NCBI GenBank assembly: GCA_038320305.1
Contig: JBBQEC010000002.1
Location: forward strand, 1-32,495
Direction: 5' to 3'
Length of the DNA: 32,495 bases
From: Candidatus Limnocylindrales bacterium
Lineage (GTDB): Bacteria; Chloroflexota; Limnocylindria; Limnocylindrales; CSP1-4
The notes under the pieces are model-generated. The model was not told where the DNA came from. It worked only from the letters and a program-made list of their open reading frames with translations, and ran no database searches. Made by a program: the position numbers and the translations under genes. This document shows positions 14,911 to 23,391 of this stretch, in pieces (position 1 is the first letter of the stretch; the number at the start of each line of letters is the position of its first letter).

Positions 14911-16932
14911 CTAGGCGAGGCGCGCCTGCATCGATGTCGCGCGATCAGGCGCAGCTGGCTCGATCGACAGCCCATCGATCGCGTCGCGGACCTGCTCGGC
15001 GATGCCGTCCGAGTCAATCTGCAGGTAGTGGCGCAGGTCGGCGACCGAACCGTGATCGACGAAGTGATCAGCCGGGAGCCCGACGATCTTGACGGGCACA
15101 CGCAGCGTCGCGTCGTCGAGCGCTCGGTCAGTCAGTGCCTCGAGCACGCCCGAGCCGAAGCCACCGGACACGACACTCTCCTCGAGCGTCACGACGAGCT
15201 TCTTGCCGCGCGCGTGATGACTGATGAGCGTCGTATCGAGAGGCTTGGCGAAGCGTGCGTTGATGACCGCCACGGACCAGCCGTCGGCGGTTAATTGGTC
15301 GGCGACTTCCATTCCGCGCATGACGATCGGGCCAAAGCCAATGATCAGAAGCTCGCTGCCATCGCGCAGGAGCTCCGCCTGACCAACCGGTATCGGGTCG
15401 GGCGTTACCGCTGGCAGATCGAAGCCCGAATCGCGTGGGTAGTGAAGCGCAAACGGGTGCTCCTGACCGAACGCGGTATGCAGCAGGCGGCGCAACTCCT
15501 GCTCGTCCTTGGGCGAAGCGACGATCAGATTCGGCAGCTGACGTTGGGCCGAGAGCGTGAACATGCCCTGGTGGCTGGTGCCGTCCTCGCCGACGAGCCC
15601 GGCGCGGTCAACGCCGATGACTACGGGCTGATCGTTCTGGCACACGTCGTGCACGGTCTGGTCAAAGGCGCGCTGCAGGAATGTCGAATAGAGCGCCACG
15701 AAGGGACGCATCCCGCCGATGGCCAGGCCTGTCGCGAGCGTTACCGCATGCTGCTCGGCAATACCCACGTCGTACATGCGCGTCGGGTAGGCGGCCTCGA
15801 ACTTGGCCAGGCCGGTGCCGGTTGGCATACCTGCGGTGATGGCCACGATGCGCTTGTCATCCCTGGCGAGCGCGATGAGCTCATCTGACACGACCGATGT
15901 GTAATTGGGCGGCTTGGAACGCGCCGCCACCGCCTGCGCCATTGATGGGGTCGCGTCGCCGTCCCCACCCTTGAGCGAATCAGACGACGGCGCGCCGCTG
16001 CCGATGCCCGGGACCACGGTCATGGGCGGTAACGCCGCGCCGTGGAAGCTGACCTGATCGGCAACGGCCGGCTGGTAGCCGCGACCCTTCTGGGTTCGGA
16101 CATGGACGATGACGGGGCCGTCGAAGTTGCGGATGGCGCGCGTAAGGACGTTGTTGAGCGCGCCGAGGTCGTGGCCGGGCACTGGCCCGACGTACGTGAT
16201 GCCAAGATCCTCGAACAGCTGGCCCGGCTGGGCGAAGTTGACGACCGACTTGCGCAGGCGCCGCGACCAATAGACGAGGCCCGGGCCGATCAGCGGCACG
16301 CGCGCAAGCCAGTCCTCGTAGACACGCTTTGAGCCGCGCCACGTTCGCGACAGCTTGATCCGGCTCAGGTAATGGCTGATGGCGCCAACGGTGGGCGAGA
16401 TGCTCATCTCGTTGTCATTGAGCACGATCAGGATCTGCGTCTTACGGTGACCTATGTCGTTGAGCGCCTCGAGAGCCATACCGCTCATCAGGCCCGCGTC
16501 TCCGACGATAACGGCGATCTTCTCCGTCGAGCCGCGCTGCTCACGCGCCAGCGCCAGGCCCTCGGCAATGGACAGACCGGTTCCCGCGTGGCCGCCGTCG
16601 AACACGTCGTGCTCGCTCTCGCTGCGGCGCGGAAAGCCACCGACGCCCCCGAGCTGGCGGAGCGTGCCGAATTGATCGAGCCGGCCCGTCAGCAACTTAT
16701 GGGCATACGCCTGGTGACCCGTGTCCCATACGATCTTGTCCCTGGGGCTATCCAGGAGGCGGTGCAGCGCGACCGTCAGCTCGACGACACCGAGCGAGCT
16801 GCCCAGGTGGCCGCCGGTCTTGGCGACAGTGCCGATGATCGTGCCGCGAATGTCAGCGCACAGCTCCTGGAGCTGCTCGTCATCGAGCTTGCGCAGGTCG
16901 CGCGGACCGCTGAGGCTTGCCAGTACGGACAA
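14911..16932 (-). CDS. dxs: 1-deoxy-D-xylulose-5-phosphate synthase
   Basis: Motifs: GGHLGSSLGVVELTVALH, WDTGHQAYAHKLLTGR, TPP motif VGDAGLMSGMALEALND...LNDN, GIAEQHAVT, EDGTSHQG. TTG start with GGAG 6 nt upstream. It carries a low-complexity insert GIGSGAPSSDSLKGGDGDATPS. Confidence 0.95.
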   Translation of the reverse strand: MSVLASLSGPRDLRKLDDEQLQELCADIRGTIIGTVAKTGGHLGSSLGVVELTVALHRLLDSPRDKIVWDTGHQAYAHKLLTGRLDQFGTLRQLGGVGGFPRRSESEHDVFDGGHAGTGLSIAEGLALAREQRGSTEKIAVIVGDAGLMSGMALEALNDIGHRKTQILIVLNDNEMSISPTVGAISHYLSRIKLSRTWRGSKRVYEDWLARVPLIGPGLVYWSRRLRKSVVNFAQPGQLFEDLGITYVGPVPGHDLGALNNVLTRAIRNFDGPVIVHVRTQKGRGYQPAVADQVSFHGAALPPMTVVPGIGSGAPSSDSLKGGDGDATPSMAQAVAARSKPPNYTSVVSDELIALARDDKRIVAITAGMPTGTGLAKFEAAYPTRMYDVGIAEQHAVTLATGLAIGGMRPFVALYSTFLQRAFDQTVHDVCQNDQPVVIGVDRAGLVGEDGTSHQGMFTLSAQRQLPNLIVASPKDEQELRRLLHTAFGQEHPFALHYPRDSGFDLPAVTPDPIPVGQAELLRDGSELLIIGFGPIVMRGMEVADQLTADGWSVAVINARFAKPLDTTLISHHARGKKLVVTLEESVVSGGFGSGVLEALTDRALDDATLRVPVKIVGLPADHFVDHGSVADLRHYLQIDSDGIAEQVRDAIDGLSIEPAAPDRATSMQARLA

Positions 16933-17123
16933 GTGGTGCTCCGACTACGGGGTTCGGCCAGAAGGACGAACGCGCCGCCGTCCATGTGTTGTTCGTTGCG
17001 CGGACGCTACCGGTTCAGTCGCCGCAGCGAAATTCTACCTTCGGTGAGCCTCATGGCTTTCTTGCCACGTTCTCATGAGACTGTCACGATCTGCCGGAGG
17101 GCGGGGACCCGAGGGAGACAAAT
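16933..17123. promoter_or_regulatory. Divergent non-coding region between dxs (-) and the putative lipoprotein ORF (+). It probably holds promoters for both.
   Basis: Minus strand: TAGAAT (plus coordinates 17032-17037) about 100 nt upstream of the dxs start, with no convincing -35. Plus strand: TTGCCA-N17-CACGAT, then GGGAG 7 nt before ATG 17124. These are hexamer matches only. Confidence 0.3.
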
Positions 17124-17384
17124 ATGCGCGCGATACCTTCCGGAGCGCTTGCGTTCGCGGTGTTCCTGGTGGCTGGAGCGACGGTCGGTGCCGGTTGCGG
17201 CGGACCCGCGGGTCCCGTGCTCCAGGATCTGGTCGGCCATCCCGGGCAACGGACGCCGGATCCGCTGGAGCCTGAAGATGCCACCGATCCGGTTGGCCCG
17301 GTGCCTGGCAGCTGGACAGGCACCATCACCTTGCACGGTGTCGTTAGCGAGGACGAGACGAAGGACATCCGACTTGCTCGGTGA
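17124..17384 (+). CDS. Putative small lipoprotein. It is one of only two semi-credible plus-strand ORFs and appears frame-broken (see findings).
   Basis: Signal peptide plus lipobox-like MRAIPSGALAFAVFLVAGATVGAG|C. GGGAG RBS. The protein-like sequence continues in the +1 frame from about 17374 to 17550. Confidence 0.45.
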   Translation: MRAIPSGALAFAVFLVAGATVGAGCGGPAGPVLQDLVGHPGQRTPDPLEPEDATDPVGPVPGSWTGTITLHGVVSEDETKDIRLAR

Positions 17385-17560
17385 GGCGGACGTCAACGAT
17401 GTCTATGCCGCTATCAGAGGACAGCTGAGCGGAACCCCTGGGACCACGATTGACGGATCGATCAGCTGGGACCTGAAGTCGCCCGCCGCGAAGCTGGACA
17501 TGACGTGGCACCTTGTCCACAGCTCGCCGATCGTGCTGCGTCACTCATGAGGCGTCTCGA

Positions 17561-17830
17561 CTAGGGCTCTTCGCTCTCTCCCAGTGACAGATCGAGCGCG
17601 CGGACCTTGCCGCCGGCCGACTCGACGAGGCGTTGGAAGCGCAGCTCGGCCTCGCTGAGCATCCGTTCGCAGCGCCGCTGGAGCAGCACTCCCTGCTCGA
17701 ACAAGGCGATCGAATCCTCCAGCGGCAGGTTGCCTGCCTCAAGCTTCTCGACGACCTGCTTGAACTCAGTCAGCGCCTTGTCAAAGGGCAGCGCGGCGAT
17801 GCGCTGGCGTTCGGCGTCGGGCTCTGTCAT
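17561..17830 (-). CDS. xseB: Exodeoxyribonuclease VII small subunit
   Basis: Motif FDKALTEFKQVVEKLEAGNLPLEDSIALFEQGVLLQRRC. ATGA overlap with the xseA stop. Confidence 0.9.
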   Translation of the reverse strand: MTEPDAERQRIAALPFDKALTEFKQVVEKLEAGNLPLEDSIALFEQGVLLQRRCERMLSEAELRFQRLVESAGGKVRALDLSLGESEEP

Positions 17831-19191
17831 CGGCCGGAGTCTCGCACCGTTTCGACGCGCGCGCCGATCTCGCCGTGCTGTAGCCGAACTGCGATCGCGT
17901 CGCCCTTGTCAACTCCGGCCGCGTCACGCAACACGTCGCCATTTGGGCCGCGGACGATCGAATAGCCGCGCTCGAGAGTCGCATACGGGCTGAGCGCTGA
18001 CAGGGCAGCAGAGCTACGACCGAGATCAGCGCGAGCAATGCCAACCTGGGTTGCCACTATCGCCGGCAACAGCTCGCTCGTCCGTGACAGCGTCGCCCGA
18101 TCGATCTCAAGCCGACGAGCCACGACGCGCGCGGCACGATCGACGAGCACACCGATGCGCTCGCGTTCAGCCGCAAGCTGCGCCTTTGGATGATTGGCCT
18201 CCAGTGCGCGCTTTTCCGTGTTGAGCTGCTGCCGACGATCGAGCAGCGCGCGCGCAGCGCTCGTGCGCAGGCGCCCGGCGTAACCCTCCACGCGCGCCTG
18301 TTCATCTGCGCGCGCCGGCACGATGAGCTCGGCAGCCACTGAGGGCGTGGCGGCACGGACATCCGCCGCGAACTCGGCCAGCGTCACATCCGTCTCATGG
18401 CCCACGCCGACGACGATCGGACACGGATGTGCGGCCACCGCACGGACCACGGCCTCGTCGTTGAACGGCCAAAGATCCTCGAGCGAGCCACCGCCGCGCG
18501 CGAGAATGACCACGTCAGTTGCGCGCCCGGTTGTCTCGTCCGTCCATCGTGCAACTCGGCGCAAGGCAGCCACAATCGTGGGTGGCGCCCCCTGGCCCTG
18601 GACCTGGCACGCCGACACGACCACACGGGCCATCGGCCAGCGGCGCGCGAGTACGCGACGGATGTCGTGCATGACCGCGCCGGATAGTGACGTGACCACG
18701 CCGATCGTCTGCGGATAGGCGGGCAGCTTGCGCTTCCGACTGCTCTCGAACAGCCCCTCCCCCGCGAGCTTGGCTTTGAGCGCCTCGAACTGAAGAGCCA
18801 GGTCACCGAAACCGGACGGTTGCAGCGTGCGGACGTAGAGCTGATACACGCCCTGTGAGTCGAAGACGTCGATGTTGCCCTGGGCCACGAGGCGCAATCC
18901 GGTACGGGCCTCAAAGGGCATCATCAGCCGGTCGTCGCGGAAGATGACGCATTTGATCTGGGCGCGTTCGTCCTTGAGCGTGAAGTAGCAATGTCCAGCC
19001 GCGCTGATGCTGACCTGCCCCACCTCTCCCTCGACCCACACGTCGCGCAGACGCGGCGCGGCGCGTAAGGCGCCCTTCACGAGCGCGGTCAGCTCGCCAA
19101 CGCTCAAGATCGGCAGGCTCGCCGCCGGCCGTTCCGCGTGCGTGTCGCCGGTTTGGCCGGTGATATCGAAGGGCAAGAGCGGTTCTCTCAC
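17827..19191 (-). CDS. xseA: Exodeoxyribonuclease VII large subunit
   Basis: OB-fold N-terminus: VWVEGEVGQVSISAAGHCYFTLKDERAQIKCVIF. Core: IGVVTSLSGAVMHDI, ARGGGSLEDLWPFNDE, GHETD. GTG start. Confidence 0.93.
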   Translation of the reverse strand: MREPLLPFDITGQTGDTHAERPAASLPILSVGELTALVKGALRAAPRLRDVWVEGEVGQVSISAAGHCYFTLKDERAQIKCVIFRDDRLMMPFEARTGLRLVAQGNIDVFDSQGVYQLYVRTLQPSGFGDLALQFEALKAKLAGEGLFESSRKRKLPAYPQTIGVVTSLSGAVMHDIRRVLARRWPMARVVVSACQVQGQGAPPTIVAALRRVARWTDETTGRATDVVILARGGGSLEDLWPFNDEAVVRAVAAHPCPIVVGVGHETDVTLAEFAADVRAATPSVAAELIVPARADEQARVEGYAGRLRTSAARALLDRRQQLNTEKRALEANHPKAQLAAERERIGVLVDRAARVVARRLEIDRATLSRTSELLPAIVATQVGIARADLGRSSAALSALSPYATLERGYSIVRGPNGDVLRDAAGVDKGDAIAVRLQHGEIGARVETVRDSGR

Positions 19192-19268
19192 GCGCCTACC
19201 GTATCTGCTTCAAGCGACCGCGCAGGCTGACCGAGCTCAGCTCGTCCTCGATTCCAGCGGTGGCTCGG

Positions 19269-19580
19269 CTATGTCGACATTTCCGCGCGATCATGGGCAT
19301 TACAAGCAGAATCCGAGACCAATTGAGCGCGGTCAGGTGGCCGTGAGCGCGGCAAGACGGACCTGCGCCACTCAACGTCGCGATTGACAGAGTGGCCGAC
19401 GAAGAAAGCACCGCGATGAGGCATCGTGCTGGTCCGGAACTCCACGCCGTTGAGCTTGGCGAGCATGCGCATCTGTTTCTGGCCGCCGAGCGGCGTGATC
19501 AGATCGGCCGGGATTCGCGCGACCGTGCCGCCGCCCGCGGCCGCCTCGATTGTCGCGCAGAAGCGGTGTGTGTCGGGCAT
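19269..19580 (-). CDS. Small ORF whose N-terminal ~65 aa resemble a DUF1905-type beta-barrel domain. The C-terminal third is compositionally atypical.
   Basis: HRFCATIEAAAGGGTVARIPADLITPLGGQKQMRMLAKLNGVEFRTSTMPHRGAFFVG matches my recollection of DUF1905 (F.A.I....G...V.IP.....LG......V...NG..FR.S..P.GG.F.L). After about codon 70, third-position GC drops and the residues turn Arg/Ser/Pro-rich. Confidence 0.45.
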   Translation of the reverse strand: MPDTHRFCATIEAAAGGGTVARIPADLITPLGGQKQMRMLAKLNGVEFRTSTMPHRGAFFVGHSVNRDVEWRRSVLPRSRPPDRAQLVSDSACNAHDRAEMST

Positions 19581-19589
19581 CAGCCTGCG

Positions 19590-20147
19590 TCAGACGCGGG
19601 TCTGGTAACCGCCAGTACGGGTATCGACGCGGATCGTGTCGCCCACGTCGACGAAGATCGGAACCTGGACGACCAGTCCGCTCTCGAGTGTGGCCGGCTT
19701 GTGGGCTCCCGACTGGGTGTCGCCGGCAAATCCGGGCTCGGTATCGGTCACCTTCAAATCGACCGTCACCGGTAGCTCCACGTCGATCGTTTCGCCTTCA
19801 TACGACGTCCGGTCGAGGACCATCCCGTCAGTCAGATACATGGCCGATTCGCCGAGGGTCTCGCGCGTCATCGAAAACTGCTCGTAGGACTCAGTGTCCA
19901 TGAAGTGATAGTCGTTGCCATCGGCATAGAGGAACTGGACCTGACGGTTGTCGAGGTACGCGCGAGGCCATTTTTCACCGGCCTGGAACGTCTTCTCCAC
20001 TGTCTGGCCGCGCTTGATGTTGCGCAGCTTGATGCGCACCTGGGCAGAGCCGCGGCCCATCTTGATGTGGTGGTACTCCAGCACCTGCCAGATATCGCCA
20101 TCGATCTCGATGACGATTCCGCGGCGCAAATCGCTGGTCGAAATCAC
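19590..20147 (-). CDS. efp: Translation elongation factor P, with Arg at the tip of the modification loop
   Basis: N-terminus ISTSDLRRGIVIEIDGDIWQVLEYHHIKMGRGSAQVRIKLRN. Later motifs: ...FMDTESYEQ...TEPGFAGDT...KPATLESG. GTG start with AGGA 7 nt upstream. Confidence 0.95.
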   Translation of the reverse strand: MISTSDLRRGIVIEIDGDIWQVLEYHHIKMGRGSAQVRIKLRNIKRGQTVEKTFQAGEKWPRAYLDNRQVQFLYADGNDYHFMDTESYEQFSMTRETLGESAMYLTDGMVLDRTSYEGETIDVELPVTVDLKVTDTEPGFAGDTQSGAHKPATLESGLVVQVPIFVDVGDTIRVDTRTGGYQTRV

Positions 20148-20156
20148 GAATAGATC

Positions 20157-21362
20157 CTAGCCGACGACCGTGACCTCCCGAGGAAAGAGCGTGATGCGGT
20201 CAAGCCGGCGCGCGTCGGCGTCGAAGATGACGAGGTCCTCGATACGGACGCCCATGACATCGTCGAGATAGATGCCGGGCTCGACCGAGAACACGGTTGG
20301 CGAGGGCAGCGGCGTCTCCGCCACGGACATGCCCAGCGAGGGCAGCTCATGTGTGGCCAGGCCGATGCCGTGACCCAGGCCGTGTCCGAAGTGCTCGCCA
20401 TGGCCGGCCGCGTCGATGACGTCGCGGGCGACGATGTGAATCGACTTGCCCGTGGGGCGCTCGCCCTCAGCGATGGCGTGGGCCAGCGCGTCAATTGCCG
20501 CTTGCTGAGCGCGCGCCACGATTTCGTAGATCTCGAGATCGTGCTTGCTCGGCTCGCCCACGAACAGCGTTCTGGTCATGTCCGAGCGATAGCCGCAAAC
20601 CTGGGCTCCGAAGTCGAACAGCAGAACCTCACCGGCACGTACCTCGCGTGACCCCGGTGAGCCGTGAGGCAGTGCCGCGTTCGGGCCGCTGAGGACCGTG
20701 ACATCGAAGGCGAGCGCTTCCGCGCCGTGCGTGCGCATCTCCCACTCGAGCTGGAGCGCGAGATCGTGCTCGGAAACGCCGGGTCTGATGCTCGGCAACA
20801 GGCGCTCCAGCGCCTTGTCTGCAACTGCCGACGATGCGGCGACGCGTTCGAGCTCGGCCAGCTCTTTGACCTGGCGCTGCCCTTCGATCCAGCCGTCGGC
20901 CGCGACGAGCTCAACGTCCGGTGTCGCGGCTGCCAGCTTCTGCCACATCGCGTAGCTGACGAAGCCCGCCTCGACCGCAAGGCGCTTGGGCGAGCCAATG
21001 CTCGCGATCAGTTCGGGCCAGCGGCTGTAAAGATCGTTGTAGACGCGTTCCAGGCGCGCTTCAGGGCATTGATCGCGAACCTGCACGGTGTAACGCGAGT
21101 CGGCCATGACGACCAGATCGTTCTCGGATACCAGGAAATGACCCGAATAGCCGGAAACCTTTTCCTCGCCCTCAGCCAGCTCGAGCCCGGTCAAGTAGCG
21201 GACGTTTTCGCGCCGAACGCCGAAGTAGGCGCCGACCTCCTCCTCTTTCAGGCGCGCGCGAAACGCCGCGAGGCGCAGCGGTCGAGCGAATCGGTCAGCC
21301 TCGCGCCAGCGCTCGTAGTCGGCTGGGGTTGGTTCCGCTCGAGCAGCGCTGGTGTCGATCAA
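20157..21362 (-). CDS. M24-family Xaa-Pro aminopeptidase/dipeptidase
   Basis: Metal-ligand blocks: FDFGAQVCGYRSDMTRT, HGLGHGIGLATHE, VFSVEPGIY, GVRIEDLV. This is the usual position upstream of efp. TTGA overlap with the mltG stop. Confidence 0.88.
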   Translation of the reverse strand: MIDTSAARAEPTPADYERWREADRFARPLRLAAFRARLKEEEVGAYFGVRRENVRYLTGLELAEGEEKVSGYSGHFLVSENDLVVMADSRYTVQVRDQCPEARLERVYNDLYSRWPELIASIGSPKRLAVEAGFVSYAMWQKLAAATPDVELVAADGWIEGQRQVKELAELERVAASSAVADKALERLLPSIRPGVSEHDLALQLEWEMRTHGAEALAFDVTVLSGPNAALPHGSPGSREVRAGEVLLFDFGAQVCGYRSDMTRTLFVGEPSKHDLEIYEIVARAQQAAIDALAHAIAEGERPTGKSIHIVARDVIDAAGHGEHFGHGLGHGIGLATHELPSLGMSVAETPLPSPTVFSVEPGIYLDDVMGVRIEDLVIFDADARRLDRITLFPREVTVVG

Positions 21363-22915
21363 GGCGTCGCCTCCGGTTGCTGGCTGAAGCCGGGCAGGCC
21401 GAACGTCGGCTCCGAAGTCGGCTCCGGCGAGCCGCCGCCCAGGTAGAGCTGAATGTTGCGCAAATGCTCTTCGTATGTCCGAGCAAAGACTAGATCACCC
21501 GATCCATCGTTCTTGCCCAGGAAATAGAGGTAGCCGTCCTGGGTGTCGGGATCGAGGGCGGCATGGAGCGAGACCACGCCAGGCGAAGCGATCGGCCCAG
21601 GCGGCAGTCCGCGCGAGTGCCAGACCTGGTAGCCCTCCAGGTCCTGGGTGACCTCGAAGTCGGCCGCCGACCCGATGCCGTTGTAGGTCCAGAAGACGTA
21701 GTCGGGCCACTGTGTGATGTGCAGGTCGCGCAGGTTCATCGTGTCGTTGGCATAGATGATGACCGGGTCCGAGTTGAGGGTGCGGACGCCGCCCAGGCCA
21801 TCGACCCGGTTCTGGTAGACGCCGGCGACGAGCGGCTTGTCGGAGTCGTGCAGCGCCTCGCGCTCGACGATGCTGGCCAGGATCACGGTCTCGTAGAAGT
21901 CCTTGCCCTCCGACTGAGCCTGCTGCATGAGGCCATACGCCGGGCTGTCCTGCCATCCCTGGAGCAGCTCCTCGAGGATGTCCTGCGCATCTGCATCGGT
22001 CGGCACGTTGTAGACGCCCGAGCCGAGAAAGCCCTCGACGCTGCGACCAGCCGGGATGACGCTCAGCCACGGGAACTTCTGCTTGAGCGAGTCGGGCGGC
22101 GATGTGGCCAGCTCGTAGAACTGCTCTGGATCGAAGTTTCCGAGCGGCACCGTCTGCAGGTACGCGACGATCTGCTCCATCCGAAGACCCTCGCGCAGCG
22201 CCACCTGCACGGTCGAGCCAGTGGTGGTTGGCTGGTTCTGAAGGGTGGCCGCGACCTCGCGCGGCGACATCGTTCGGTTGAGCATGTGCGTTCCGGCCTG
22301 GAGCTTGTTCAGCCCGCCATCGTTGACCAGCACGTAGGTGAACGCCAGGCGGTCGGACAGCAGGCCTCGATTCAGAAGATCCTGGGTTATCTCCGCGCTC
22401 GACTCGCCCGGAGCGATCTCGAATTCGACCATGGTCGGATCTGTGCCGGCGGGCTTGTTGGGCCGGTCGTCCATGACCGACGACACGGCCTCCGACACGA
22501 GACCGATGCGCATCAAATCAGGGTTTGCCTCCGCCAGCGATCGGAAGAAGCCACCTGCGAGAGGCGGCACGACTACGGCCGCCACCAGGAGCACGCTGAT
22601 GAGCGAGGCGATGATGATCGCCAACCGATTCCGGCTGCGCTTCTTGCCGCGCGGCATGAACGCCGGTGTGGGCCCCTCACCGGTGGCGCGCGCCTTTGAG
22701 TGGGCCTGGGCCTCTGTCAGCGTGCGATCGCGCGACGATGAGTTCCTCTCACGCTCCTTGAGATGCTGATCGATCGACGTCCTGTCGTGGTTGCGCAGAT
22801 GCGCCTCCACGGCCGATCGATCGCGCTTTTTGACATGCTCGGAGATGTCATTCGGATCGCGCCGCGGCACCGGCCGCTGGCTGCCGCCCGACCGATTTTC
22901 TGGCCGCTGGCTCAC
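21359..22915 (-). CDS. mltG: Endolytic murein transglycosylase MltG/YceG, unusually long (518 aa), with a ~95-aa cytoplasmic N-terminal extension
   Basis: TM: LAIIIASLISVLLVAAVVV. YceG core: ILASIVEREA, VAGVYQNRV, LNSDPVIIYA, GLPPGPIASPG, YLYFLGKNDGSGDLVFARTYEEH. GTGA overlap with the ruvX stop. Confidence 0.88.
   Translation of the reverse strand: MSQRPENRSGGSQRPVPRRDPNDISEHVKKRDRSAVEAHLRNHDRTSIDQHLKERERNSSSRDRTLTEAQAHSKARATGEGPTPAFMPRGKKRSRNRLAIIIASLISVLLVAAVVVPPLAGGFFRSLAEANPDLMRIGLVSEAVSSVMDDRPNKPAGTDPTMVEFEIAPGESSAEITQDLLNRGLLSDRLAFTYVLVNDGGLNKLQAGTHMLNRTMSPREVAATLQNQPTTTGSTVQVALREGLRMEQIVAYLQTVPLGNFDPEQFYELATSPPDSLKQKFPWLSVIPAGRSVEGFLGSGVYNVPTDADAQDILEELLQGWQDSPAYGLMQQAQSEGKDFYETVILASIVEREALHDSDKPLVAGVYQNRVDGLGGVRTLNSDPVIIYANDTMNLRDLHITQWPDYVFWTYNGIGSAADFEVTQDLEGYQVWHSRGLPPGPIASPGVVSLHAALDPDTQDGYLYFLGKNDGSGDLVFARTYEEHLRNIQLYLGGGSPEPTSEPTFGLPGFSQQPEATP
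22733..22840 (-). repeat. Three tandem 36-bp (12-aa) imperfect repeats in the mltG 5' extension
   Basis: Protein-level alignment: EHVKKRDRSAVE / AHLRNHDRTSID / QHLKERERNSSS, giving consensus xH[VL][KR]x[RH][DE]R[STN]xxx. They are followed by a partial RDRTLTE. Confidence 0.55.
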
Positions 22916-23391
22916 GGCTCCCCCTCCACGACGCCAGAGTCGGCGATGGCAAGACGCGCGTCGATCTCAGCCTGCACGATCGCCGCGGCCGCCATGCGGT
23001 CGAGACGTGCACGGTGCGCGCGTCGGGCCTTCGCGGATGGCGGCCCGCCGGACTTGCCACGGGCCGGTGCACCGATTTGATCGATGGCATGTGCCGTGGT
23101 CAGGCGTTCGTCGCGCCACGCCAGCGGAAGGTCGATCTTCGCCGTGATGGCGAGCGCCCACTCACGAGTCTGGGTTGCCTGGGAGCCCTCGGTTCCATCC
23201 ATGTTCAGGGGCAGGCCCACGACCAGCTCATCGACGCGCTGCTCACGAACGATGTTTGAGATCGTGCGCGCATCGCGCTCGATGTCAGAGCGGCTGATCG
23301 TCGTCAGGGGCATGACCGAGCCATTGGCCGTGTCCCCCACTGCCAGTCCGATCCGCCTCGTGCCGAGATCGACGCCGAGCAGCCTGCTCAT
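22912..23391 (-). CDS. ruvX: Holliday-junction-resolvase-like putative pre-16S rRNA nuclease RuvX/YqgF
   Basis: Start set at ATG 23391 (MSRLLGVDLGTRRIGLAVGD), in an ATGA overlap with the upstream stop. Motifs: VVGLPLNMDGTEG, DERLTT. The 200-aa longest ORF is rejected. Confidence 0.9.
   Translation of the reverse strand: MSRLLGVDLGTRRIGLAVGDTANGSVMPLTTISRSDIERDARTISNIVREQRVDELVVGLPLNMDGTEGSQATQTREWALAITAKIDLPLAWRDERLTTAHAIDQIGAPARGKSGGPPSAKARRAHRARLDRMAAAAIVQAEIDARLAIADSGVVEGEP

Noticed and set aside
15900-16010. Low-complexity insert in Dxs (GIGSGAPSSDSLKGGDGDATPSMAQAVAARSKPP) as a possible domain insertion
   Set aside because: It falls where Dxs proteins have a variable, disordered inter-domain linker. 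The frame is continuous and nothing suggests a functional module.
16933-17040. TPP riboswitch in the dxs leader
   Set aside because: No CUGAGA / ACCUGAUCUGGAUAAUGCCAGCG-like core is present on the minus strand. Only a short ACGAAC/GTTCGT hairpin is visible.
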